Positions 26,767 to 43,170 of a stretch of DNA of 64,000 nt are shown in pieces. Below the pieces are notes generated by a model. The model saw nothing but the letters and a program-made list of their open reading frames with translations. It searched no databases and was not told where the DNA came from. Every line of letters begins with the position of its first letter. Position 1 is the stretch's first letter. The DNA comes from Zygnema circumcarinatum SAG 698-1b. Lineage: Eukaryota; Plantae; Zygnematophyceae. The stretch is taken from positions 558,001 to 622,000 of the forward strand of contig CM074820.1 in assembly GCA_037447605.1 (NCBI GenBank). Reading direction: 5' to 3'. Both the position numbers and the translations under genes were made by a program.

Positions 26767-27805
26767 TTAATCAAATCTTAGCCCCGCATTTTGGTCCAAG
26801 GCTCTGCAAACACAAAAAGACCAAAAAGTAAAAGAAAAAAAACGTTAAAAAAGACAAGAAAGCCACAAAGTAAACCGTTAGAAGAGACAGAATGGGTTTC
26901 CAGAAAAACAGAAAATTCATACCAGCACCGATTGCTCATTCAACCAGAAAAAAATGGCGAAAACAGAGATCATAGAAAAGTGTTCCATACAAATATCAAA
27001 GGGTAGTTCTATGTTGGAATCTGACTTACAACAGTTCCAAATTTGGCAAATTTCTCAAACCGTCCGGTACCTCTCCAGAGAGCTGATTCGAACTGAGATC
27101 TCTGCACAGGACCAAAAAAAACAAAAAAAAAAAAAAAGCAAAAATGTCAGAAAGAAATAAGGCTGTTCAACTGTTTTTCGTTATTTAAGAAAAGGTGGGA
27201 GAAACCATGGATATAGCTTCAAAGCAACTCTAATCTCTCTTCTGTTTTTCCACACGCTAAACCCTCCCGATCCCTCTCTCCAACCCTCTCTCCCTCCCTC
27301 ACTCTCCCCCTCTCCCCCCCGCACTCCCTCTCTCACATCTCTCTTCATTCTCCCCTCCCTCCCCCCACTGGGGCCTCTACCTCCCTCTCTCTCCCACCCC
27401 ATCTCTCTCTTCCCCTCCCCCCACACTCCCCCTCACTACTCTCTCTCCCCACACTCCCTCTCTCTCTCCCCACCCCCCCTCACTCTCTCTCTTGCTCTCT
27501 CCCTCTCTCTCTCTCTCTATCGGTGCAGTACTTCTGCCTTACATTACATCCAAAAGCCAAAGATTGGCGATGTCCTGAGGAATGGCACCGCTCAGACTGT
27601 TGTCATTCAGCAGCCTGCCACGCCCGCAAGACGACAAAAGGAAAAATAAATTATACGATTTTGAAAAATCACGAAAGGAAAAAACAACCATTTTTAACAA
27701 GCAAAGAATCAAAATGAAGTTGTAGATGGACGAAGGGAGGAGGAGGAGGAGGAGGGAGGGAAGGAAAGAGAGGGGAGAGATAGAGAGGGGGAGAGAAAGC
27801 GGGGC

Positions 27806-27836
<31 letters not shown>

Positions 27837-29615
27837 GTGAGAGAAGCTAAAAAAATACTTACAGGACTTCCAGCTCCTGCAAATGTCCTAGTGGTTCCGG
27901 TATTTCTCCTTGTAAATAAATATTTCTGCTCAGGTCTCTGCACATTATACAAAAAAAATTAAAGCTCAATCTTTAAGAATGGTCCGTACATACAAAGAAA
28001 GGGAACAAATTTCCCTTCCGTCCCCTCTCCAGGGAATTTGAGGTTTAGAAAAAAAAAAAAAGAAAAAAAACTCACAAATATTTCAGCGATCGCAGCTCTC
28101 CAATATTTTGCGGAATTTCACCTCGTAAAAATAAGCAGCAAAGCGTTCTGCAAGGGACAAAAGAAAAAAAAAAAGTCGCAAAAGCATTTTTTTAGTGTTG
28201 ATTTTTTAAGCCGAAAAATGGAAAGTAGGAACGGGCGGAAAAGCTCAAATCCAGAGAAAATTAAATAATGAGATTGAGGCAATTCAGATTATTTGAAAAA
28301 TATAATATTTAACTTGTAACTCACATTTTTACAACTTCGTTATTTGTGTTGCATTCCAGGCCCTCCCATTGGTCGCACGCATTCCGGCGGTCCCATGTGA
28401 TGCTGTTCAGCCCTAAACTAACATTGAGGGACTCCAGAATTGATACTGCGCAAGAGACAAAACACAGAATCAGAACTACTCCGTAGTCGATTCATAGTTT
28501 ACGAACTATGGATTCAAGACGAAAGTGTAGGGAGAAGGAGAGAGAGAGAGAAATAGGGGGAGAGGAGAGAGAGGGGGAGACGGAGGGAGGGTGGAAGGGA
28601 GGGAGGGAGGAAGGGAAGGAGGAAGTGAAGGAGGAAGGGAGAAAGCGAGAGAAGAGAGGGAGCGAGAGAGAGAGGGAGCGAGGGAGAGAGGGAGAGGGGG
28701 GGATGAGAGAGAGAAAGAGGGAGAGGAAGTGGGGGGAGGGAGAGGAAGGGAGGGAGGGAGAGGGAGAGAGAGAGAAGAGAGAGGGAGACGGAGAGAGAGG
28801 GAGAGGGAGAGACAGGAAGTAAGAGAGGGAGGAGGGAAGTGGGAAAGAGGGAGAGGGAGAGACAGGAAGTGAGAGAGGGAGGAGGGAAGAGAGGGAGAGA
28901 GGGAGTAGGGGAGGGGATGGGAGAGAGGGAGAAGGAGTGGAATAGAGAGGNNNNNNNNNNGAGGGAGGGAGGGAGGGAGGAAGGGAGGGAGGGAAGGAGG
29001 GGGAGAGGGAGGGAGGGAGAGTAAGGGGTAGGGAGGAGTAGGGAACGAGGGAGAGTGGAGGAAGCGAGAGAGAGAGGAAGAGAGGGAGAGGGAGAGGAGA
29101 GGGGGAGACGGAGAGGAGGGAGAGGGAGAAACAGGAAGTGAGAGAGGGAGAGGGAGGGATGAGCGGGAAATAGGGAGAGGAGAAAAGGAGACAGAGTAAG
29201 GGGAGGGGAAGGGAGAGCAGGAGAGGGAGAGGGAGAAAGGGAGAGGAGAGAGGGAGACAGGGAGAGGGGGAAGAGAGAGGGGAGGAGGACAGGAGAGAGT
29301 GAGAACGAGAAGGTGAGCATATGCAGGTTGCGGCCGAGTGCCGCCAATAACTGAAACTGGAACAAAAACTGAAATTGTAGGACATGGATCCCCGGTACGC
29401 GCACACATACTTTGATGAGCCGCCGGAGCCGTCGGATGCGTTTCATCCCAGCCGTTGGATCGGAGGCTCCGCCGCCTTAATCCCGGAAGCTTCCCTGGAA
29501 GCTTCCTGCGGGTCCGTACGGCCGCCTCCTCCCCAAGGCCGTCCATGGCCACCGCGAGAGGGAGGAGGAGGAGGAGGGCTGACGTCAGCACGAAAAGGGC
29601 TGATGTCATCGCCAT
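26767..29615 (-). CDS. Short secreted leucine-rich-repeat protein (~217 aa; signal peptide + LRRNT + 4 LRRs, no TM or kinase)
   Basis: Exons 29615-29411, 28445-28325, 28147-28076, 27937-27863, 27614-27543, 27101-27030, 26803-26767 total 654 nt in frame. LRRNT SILESLNVSLG..TWDRRNACDQWEGLECN; LRR exons of 72/75/72/72 nt in phase 2 (DLSRNIYLQGEIPEPLGHLQELEV, LLNDNSLSGAIPQDIANL, DLSSNQLSGEVPDGLRNLPNLEL). Confidence 0.85.
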
Positions 29616-30681
29616 TCTCCGATAGGGATGAAGGCAGACTCGCGCTCTCGCCCTTCCTTCCACTCACTTCCTGTCTCTTCCTCTCCCTCTCCCTCTATCA
29701 GCCCCTCTCCGTCTCTTCTGCCTCCTTCCTCTCCCACTCCCTCCCTCTCTCCCTTTCTCACTCCCACTCCCTCTCTTTCTGCCTCTTTCCTCTCCAACTC
29801 CCTCTCCCTCTCCCTCTCCCACTCCCTCTCCCTCTCCCTCTCCCTCTCCCTCTCTCACTCCCACTCCCTCTCCTTCTGCGTCCTTCCTCTCCCACTCCCT
29901 CTCCCTCTCCCGCTGCCTCCTTCCTCTCGCTCTCCCTCTCCCTCTTTCCCCTCCTTCTCCTACCTCCTTCGTTTTCCCCCTCTACCTCTTTCCTCTCACT
30001 CTCCCCCTCCCTCTCCCACTCCCTCTACCTCTCCCTCTCCCTCCCTCTCCCTCGTTCCACTCCCTTTTCTTCTCCCTCTCCTTCTCCCTCCCTCTACTTC
30101 ATGTCTCTCCCTCTCTCTCTTTCCGTTCCCCTCCCTCTCCCTCCCTCTCCCCCGCCCCCTCTCCGACTCCCTCCCTCCCTCCCTCCCTCCCCCCCCGTCA
30201 CCCCCTCCACCCCCTCCCTCCCGCCGCCATGGCCAATCTCCTTCCTTCCCCCCGCGAGAAAACATCCGCCGCTCCGTTGATCCCGGATATCCGCTGCGGC
30301 TCTCCCCTAGGATCTACCAAGATCAACTTCCTGAGGCTCCAGCGCGTCGATTGGCGATTTCGCTTCCGCGGACAAACCTTGGGATCCACCAGAAGTGGAC
30401 TCGCGACTTCTGCCCGCGACCAACGGCTACCATATAATAAAGAGCCGTTTGTCTTCACGTGGCGGATTTCCATTGGCTGGCACGGAGTTGACACGTCAGC
30501 GAAACGTAGGCGTCTAGTCATGCGTTGCTTCCACGACGTGGGCAATGGGCTCTGACCGTGCCGCGTGGCACGAGATCCAGATGGAGAATCTATTTCAACC
30601 GTCGGATTGGAGTCACGTGGCAGAAGGTCTAATTGTCGAATCTTTAGCAAGGACCCGATTGGTGTCACGTGTGCATTGTAT

Positions 30682-31473
30682 CACAGTTCGGACCAGTGGA
30701 TCGGCAACCATTGGACAACCATTGGATGGCAATGGTTGGACGTCTACTGGTCGGCAACCAGTCGACTGGTTCGGAACCAGTGGATGCCACTGGTTGGCAA
30801 CCAGTCGAATGGTTGTTTCGATCCGGCGGCACTGGTTGGCAACCAGTCGACTGGTTGTGAACCAGTGGCATCCACTGGTTGTGAACCAGTGGCATCCACT
30901 GGTTGGAAACCAGTCGAATGGTTGTTTCGATCCGGCAGCACTGGTTGGCAACCAGTCGAATGGTTATATCCATTAAATCAAATGGTTGGCAACCATTAAA
31001 TTGTCGGTGTACGGAAAATATTTACAGTATATCGACAATACGGGGATCCGTACACCGACAATTTAATGGTTGCCAACCATTGGATCACTGGTTCCGAACC
31101 AGTCGAATGGTTGTTTCAGTCCTGCGCCACTGGTTCGCAACCAGTCGACTGGTTTCCAACCAGTGGATGCCACTGGTTGGCAACCAGTCGACTGGTTTGG
31201 AACCAGTGGATGCCACTGGTTGGCAACCAGTCGAATGGTTGTTTCGATCCGCAATCACTGGTTGGCAACTAGTCGAATGGTTTGGAACCAGTGGATGCCA
31301 CTGGTTGGCAACCAGTCGAATGGTTGTTTCGATCCGGCGGCACTGGTTGGCAACCAGTCGAATGGTTGCCAACCAGTGGCATCCACTGGTTGGCAACCAG
31401 TCGAATGGTTGTTTCGGTCCGCAACCACTGGTTGCCAACCAGTCGACTGGTTTGTCTAATGGTCCGATCTGTG
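30682..31473. mobile_element. 792-bp non-autonomous TIR element with 8-bp TSD and palindromic internal repeats
   Basis: TSD CATTGTAT at 30674-30681 and 31474-31481. TIRs CACAGTTCGGACCA and (reverse complement) CACAGATCGGACCA match at 13/14. The interior is built of AACCAGTCGA(A/C)TGGTT and AACCAGTGGATGCCACTGGTT modules. Confidence 0.75.
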
Positions 31474-32424
31474 CATTGTATGTCACGTGGCAGAATTATA
31501 CGTGGCCGGTCGTCTCCTTTGGCGGCGGCTTTTGTCGTATGTGTCGGTCCCTTCACGCTGTTGAAACTCAAAACCTCGATATTGAGTATACCCCGATACG
31601 CTATAGCGCGGTTGTTTACATCTCAATATTCGTTCATTCGATATCGATACTGAAATCGTTACTTGCTATACCGTACTGAACTGTTTAAAAAAACGAGTTT
31701 GGCTGCATTTATTCATTTCTTTTATTTCTTGTTTATGTTGAACTTATGCCACGTGGTGGGGCCAGTATGCATTTCAGAAAAAAATACATATATTTATCCA
31801 TATGTATTTTGAATAAATTTGCATTCCATAGTTTTGTTTGTGCATTTGGTAATGTAAGCTATCGCCCATTCAGCTGTCAATCAGATCGTGCCACCTCAGC
31901 ATCCCAAAATGAAGAAAATTCACATCGAGTATTCGGAGACAGCAAGAATCGAACTCTTTTTCTTTTTTCAAAAATAAATAATCAATGGAAAATGGCAGTG
32001 GTTAACATAAAAATTTTAAGCTTGTGGAGAAAATTATGAACCGCAACTAAACTAAGACCCCCAAAAAGGATTAAAAAACAAAAAATAAAAAATAAATAAA
32101 GGAAAATTGGAATCCCAGCTTCACTACCGCTATCAGTTGCAGGTCTATCACATTTTTTTTTTTTTTTTTTTCGAACCCGAAACTGATCAACCCGCTTCAG
32201 CCGCCTCCCTGGTTCCATGTCCATGTCCATGTCCCCAATACCGTTTCCGTTTCGGTGGTACAACTGAAACTGCAACTGAACCCACAGAATTTCAAAAATG
32301 TCGACTTCTTGGTCCACAAAACCACGAAACTGCACAACCCGAGTCGCCTCTTCTCGATAATATTAACACTCGCTTTCTCTCTCCCCTTTTTTTTAGAGTT
32401 TTTAAAAATTGAAACTTGGCCCCT

Positions 32425-37109
<4,685 letters not shown>

Positions 37110-38711
37110 GTGTCTCATCCTCCTTCCCTCCCTCCCTCTCCCACTCTCCTTCTCCCTCTCGCTCTCCCTCTCCCTCCCTCTCCCTTTCCCTCTCTCTACT
37201 TCCACCGCCGGCAAGCTCACGTAGATGTCCCACTTTATACCGCCGGGTTTTGGGCGACAATATCCACGTGGCGGCATCTCATTGGCCGGACCTCCTGCAT
37301 TTATTTGCCGCCATGCGACGGTGGTCGCCGGGCGGCCGCTGACCGGGCAGATAAGGCACTGTGCGAGATCGACGACTGAGATCTCTCCGTCGCAGACGAT
37401 GGGCGGCTGAGATCGCTCGAGACCGCCGCCATTTACGCGGCGAGAAGACTGTACGGAACGGAATGTACGGACCAGCCCGCGGCGTGGGACACGTTGCGTT
37501 GACCGGAGGGCCAAAAGACCGGCTTAAACGTTCCACGTGTTCGGTGCGTGTGGCCGGGTCAAGTGGAGTCAAGAAGGGTCCTGGTCGTTTAGAGAGCTAT
37601 TGGGCCACGTGGATGAAAGGACTGCCAGGTGGCGGATGCTGGCGAGTGGAGGACTGCCAAGTGGCATTTCCCGAGCCGGCATCGCGTGGGAGTTGGGTGG
37701 GCTCTTGAATCGCGGCATGGTAGGGGCCGCCTAGGGATGGATTTGTTCAACATGAGATAGGTATGCAGCATGGTTTATGGTATTGTGTGTCTATATATTG
37801 GTGTTGAGAGTTGCATTTGTTGAATAAATAAGTTATATTACACACAAGCACAATCGAAAGAGCAAAAAATGAGATGTATATGACACAACATTGTTCATGC
37901 TATTGTGTGTATTGTAGGTTTGTTGTCGTATGACATCAAAGCCACTTCCTAGCCTCAAAAGGGGGAATAAAACTAAACAATGAAAAGAAGGCATCACTGT
38001 TATACATTATTGTTGTTGTTTATCTTGTTTGCTTTACAACCGCGACGGTGACCGCGGCTACCGCCGCTGCCAGTGTTGAGCACTATCTGACGTGGCAAGC
38101 CCTCATTGGTGATCTGAGACAAAGACGGCGACTCGTTCGCTGCTGACGCCAACAAGGATAAGAATGTGGGCCCTAACTGACAGTTTAACGGACGTTCCCT
38201 GGCAGTAGATATATGTGTAAACTGCAGCATATAAACAGCCAGGTTAGCACTGTACAAAATCCCTGTGTACAAATATGTTGAGGATGTTGATGGCTGCACA
38301 TCATGTGATTTGTGATGTAGCGCGCGGAACATGCGCGCATGTATGTGTGCATGGCGCAGTATTTGGATTGTCCGCCGGTCGGCGGAGTCGTCGAGACGGC
38401 ATCTGTCGGCGCAGGTCGTACGTGCTACCGTCTCTCTCTCTCCCCCCCTCTCTTCATCTCCTCTCTCGTTCTCCCTCTCCCACTCTCTGTCTCTTTCTCC
38501 CTCTTGCTCCCTCTCCATCGCCTGTCTCCCTCTCTCTCATTCTCTCTCTCCCGCTCTCTCTCTCTCGCCCTCTATCCCTCTATCCGGCAACCTCTCGCTG
38601 TCCATCTGCCACTCCCTCACTTCCTCTTCCGCTTCCTCTCTATCTCTCCCTCTTTATTCATTCCTCTCTCTCCCTCTCCCTCTTTTTCTCTCCCTCTCTC
38701 TCTCTCCCTCA

Positions 38712-39781
38712 ATGAATGCTGTGGCGACGCCCAGCCGCCCATCGACCCGTAGAGGATGGGAATCAGTTCCAAACTCAGAAACTTCCTCTCCCTCCAGAAC
38801 CCTCCACACAGCACCAACCCCTCGAAAAACTGAACCTTCTTCTTTCAAAAAGAAATTAGTGCAAGTTTACGATCGAGTGGACGAAAGCGTGGTGTCTATC
38901 TCTACCCACATCCCCGCTCTCTTTGGGAAGCGATGGAGCAATGGAAGAATGCAATGGCGGCCCGAGCATGGAATGTATTGCTTTGTGGCGGTACTTGTGC
39001 TCGCGAGTTTGTTCTACATGGGGGTGCTGCTCGTTTGGCTCTCTTCCGTTGACGGCGAGGGTGACTCCTTAGACCTAATGCAGAATGTTCATTCGTGGCG
39101 GTCTCGAACTATATATCAGGTGAGAATGTAGGGCTCAGTTCGAATAGTTGGGCATGACCAAGTGAGCATGAGAACAAAAACGTTTTCTCATACATTTGAG
39201 AGATTTTACATAATTTACACAATTACATGATTTTATTACGTACGTTTTTTAAAAGTGAGGGGGGGGGGGGGGTGTTTGGTATATAACTGAATGCTCGAGA
39301 ACATAGGAAAGATGAAACAAATACTCATTATCTTGTGAGTGCATACATTTTTCTATTTTTAAGTTCGAGTTTAAGCTGAACCAGATTTGTTTAAGCTCTC
39401 TCTTTCTCTTTGATTAAGGTGTAGATTTGCTTGAAAAAAAGCTCCCCCCGGTTGGATATCTTCGTTCTATTTGTTGCTTTCGGGGGAGTTTTTGCGCAGC
39501 TCATCGACTGACGATTATTGCACCTTGCCCTTCTAACCTTAAAACCTTTCCTACTCAGCCTCTCCTCACATTCACCAATAAGCGTTACAGAATCTCTACA
39601 GAGGGTACGGAGACTCTAGTCATGGCTTGGGGATGGACTACTCTCATGCATACGGATTTTTCTTCATGCAGGAGGAAACTTTCAAGGAGTCATCGAGCAC
39701 CTTGACTGTATCCGCAAGGAGGCTGAAAGTGCACTTCTTCTACACTTTTTATCATTTCATTTCTCGTTTATTTAGTCGAAG

Positions 39782-39841
<60 letters not shown>

Positions 39842-42800
39842 CCCTCTCTCTCTCTCTCTCCCTCTCTCTCTCGCCCCCCTCCCCCCCCTCTCTCCTAGCA
39901 TATCCTTGACAAGGTCCTACCACTCAGACATCCAAAACATGGGGTTCAACGCAATCCTCATAAGCCCTGTGATTGAAACCTCCAACTACGGCTACCACGG
40001 CTACTGGCCCCGAAATTTTGATCACATAAACCCTCATTTTGGTTCATCCGAAGATTTGAAAGCCTTGGTTCAAGCTGCGCACGCTCGCGATATCCATGTA
40101 ATGATCGACGGTGAGTCTTACTGAAACTGAAACAGAAACTGCACTGGAAACAAGAACCGTGTAAAAAGATTTTCCGATTGCTTTGACGTTTTTTTTTGTT
40201 TCCTTTCTTGGGCTATGACGAAACAAAACCCTAAAAACCATAGAAACTAGATTGACATATTTTTCAGTGTTTCAATTTCTTACGGTTTCCCATTCCGTTA
40301 TGTTGATGCCACGTGGCAGTGGTAACCAATCACGTGGGTTGCCCTAGCGGAGGCGGTCCCTGCGGCGAATGGCCACTCGACTCGCCGCCATGGAAGGAGG
40401 TGGTGCCCTTCAACCAGGTGATGATTGCCCCATTTAAAAAAAAAATCTTTCCTTTGTTGAACTCATATTCTTCCTTCACAACGAACCCACAATCTCGAAA
40501 TGTGCAATGGGCACTTGGGCAAGCAAGTTACATATGGAGGGTGTTCACTTCATGTTCAACAACATCATGTTGTACCACCTCTCATTCATGCACAGGAAGA
40601 AGACTACCACTCCTTTTGTGTTGTGAACTTCACGCGGTACGACGGAGCCAACTGGCAGCACTGCTGGCTCGCGGGTCTCCCTGACCTCGACCAATCGCAG
40701 CCTCGCGTGCATCGTAAACTCACCACATGGATCGGTAAACTCACAACATTGAAAACAAATCCATTCCTAGAGTTCCATCATTTTGTTCAACAAGTGGCAT
40801 GAAACACAACATTTCACAGTAAAAATTTTGTCAATTTGTTTTTTTTTTTTTTTAACATTTTGTGATGGGTGGGGAGGGAGGGAGTGAGGGAGGGAAGCAG
40901 GGGACTTAGTTCGAACGTACGGCTTCGATGGTGTACGGATCGACGCGGGCCATTTGATGGACCCAAGTTTTGTCGTGGAGCTGAGGCAGGCCGCGGGGGT
41001 GTTCGGATTGGCCGAGTTTTTGGTGGAGACAAAAACTGACTCCATCCGGCTCGCCCTCACATCCCGACTTTTGGTATGCAAAAAAAAAACAGCTTTAGAG
41101 GGAAATTTCCTCTTCTGGGTTTTGGGTTTTTGGGACGCTTAAGAAACCTATCTAAATCTCGAATCTCCCAAAAAACCCTAAAATTTAATTGGTGTTTGTT
41201 TGAAGGCTTCATGATAAGGATGGAGAGAGCATTCACAAGTGTTGTTGGTGTTCTATGTGGAACTGTTCTGTTTTCCGTAGAACCATGCGACGGGAGCGTT
41301 GCTCCAGTCCATGCTGTTGGCCATCGACGTGGCGTTCCTCCACGGCGGTTCCATGATCGATTTTTCCGTCCGGTTGGAGGCCGTACAGGGCTCGCTCGCC
41401 CACCCGGACCTCAATGGAATTTACTTTGACAACCACGACTTGGAGCGCTTTTACGGCCGATCAAATGGTAAAAAAAAAAAAAAACAAAAGAAAAAAAAAA
41501 CACTAAAAAGAAATTATTACTTACACACGTTGTTTGGTTAGATACACACCTTTTTGGTTATATAAAAACTCTTAAAGTCCGAAAAACCCTAAAATCTGAC
41601 CGGCGAGAAGAGGTGTTTAAACAGCATCCCATTAAAAAAAAAACCCAAAATAATGTCTTTCATGCCTTCTCCCAAAAAAAAGGTTCCCTATACATCATTG
41701 ATTTTTGTTCTTGTCTATATGTTTTCTTTCTCCGAGATTTGTGTAACGGATTTCCTCACATAGAAGAGTTGTTGGGGCGTGACAGATGTCACGCTGTTGC
41801 AGAACGCGTTGACGCTAGTTCTACTGTCGCGCGGAATTCCGTTGCTGTACTACGGAACGGAGCAGGGCTACATGGGACAGCGCGACCCCGCCAACAGGGA
41901 GTCTCTCTGGCCGTACTTCGACCAGGAAGCCTTCCTTTACAAGTTCATCCAAAAAGTGCTCAGCTTCCGGCAAGGGGTGAGCACCATTTCATTACATTTT
42001 TTTTTTTTTTGTTTTAAATTGTCGGATTCGAACGGATAAAATAATAATAGACCTAATTATTTGAATTGCAATTCTGTTGTGCTTCAGTTGTATTAAGTTT
42101 ACGTTTATTAAGTTTACGTTTATTAAGCCCTAAACCCTAGCCCCTAACACTTTAAGCTCTTGCCCCTAAAACCCTAACCCTAAAACCCTACACCCTAGCC
42201 CCTAAATCCCCTAAACCCTACTCTTAAAGCCCTAAACCATAGCCTCTACCCCCTAGCCCCTAAACCCTAAAACCCTAAACCCTAGCCCCTAAACCCTAAA
42301 CACTTAACCCTAGCCCCTAGACCCTAAACCTCAGCCCCTAAAACCCTAAGCATGGGGTACGAGACCTTCGGGGCGGGGGACTCCACAGAGGAAACCAATC
42401 AGAGCATGCCACGTCTGCAACTAACACTCCACGTGGCACCCTGTGATTGTCTTTTCGCGGGTGACAGGTGGCAGCGTATAAGTGGTCGGAGCAAGTTTGC
42501 CGCCACGTGGACTCCCACGTGTACGTATTCTCGCGGGGGCCCACGCTTGTGCTCATAACGAACGTTGGGAACAAAGGGCCGTCCCGGCAAGAGTGGAGGG
42601 TTGGGACCCATTTCTATGCGGCTGGGACCGTTCTGTGCAACATGTAAGCGTTGCGCGCAACGGAATCTGTGAGGGGGAGGGGTCGGGGGAACAGGCAGGC
42701 TCGAAGTATGGGAAATATGCGGAGAGGGTTCAGACCTCCTTCGTGGGCGTTTTGAGGGGTTTTGGGGGTTTTAGGGTTCAGAGCCTTCTGAGGATTTTGA

Positions 42801-43170
42801 GGTTTTGGGGTCGTCTTGTAGGGTTCAAATGCAAGCCGTGGCCTGAATTACCCGAACCAACTAAAGTCCTTCGAAACCCTAAAAACCCTAAAAGTCCTTA
42901 AAACCCTAAATACCTTAAAAATAGTAAAAACCCTAATAACGGTAAAAGCCCTAAAAGCCCTGAAAGCCCTAAACCCTAAAAACCCTAAAAACCTTATTGA
43001 TGGTAAAATCCCTAAAACCCTAAAAGGCCTAAAACCCTTACTTTGAATGCTTTTGGGGCTTTTCGGCTGTCAGACTTGCGGAGGGCGACTGCGTCCACGT
43101 GGCAGACAGGGGGACGTTGGATATCGCCTCTGTGAATGGGGAGCCGAAGATCTACCATCCACTTCCTTAG
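38712..43170 (+). CDS. Alpha-amylase, GH13, fungal/Taka-amylase (GH13_1)-like, with N-terminal membrane anchor
   Basis: Exons 38712-39119, 39672-39707, 39928-40110, 40320-40417, 40596-40734, 40901-41073, 41281-41467, 41786-41976, 42468-42643, 43074-43170. Motifs [96 protein letters not shown]. The exon expected to carry LxTDRF (39120-39671) could not be resolved. Confidence 0.88.
42125..42350 (+). repeat. Degenerate telomere-like (CCCTAAA/CCCTAG) array in an amylase intron
   Basis: Repeated ccctaaa, accctaa and gcccctaaa units. A second block lies at ~42870-43040 in the next intron. Confidence 0.85.

Noticed and set aside
30682-31473. CRISPR-like array or repeat-protein ORFs (multiple 60-260 aa ORFs on both strands)
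   Set aside because: There are no unique spacers between repeats and no cas genes, and the context is eukaryotic. The ORFs are open only because the palindromic modules lack stop codons. TIR plus TSD explain the region.
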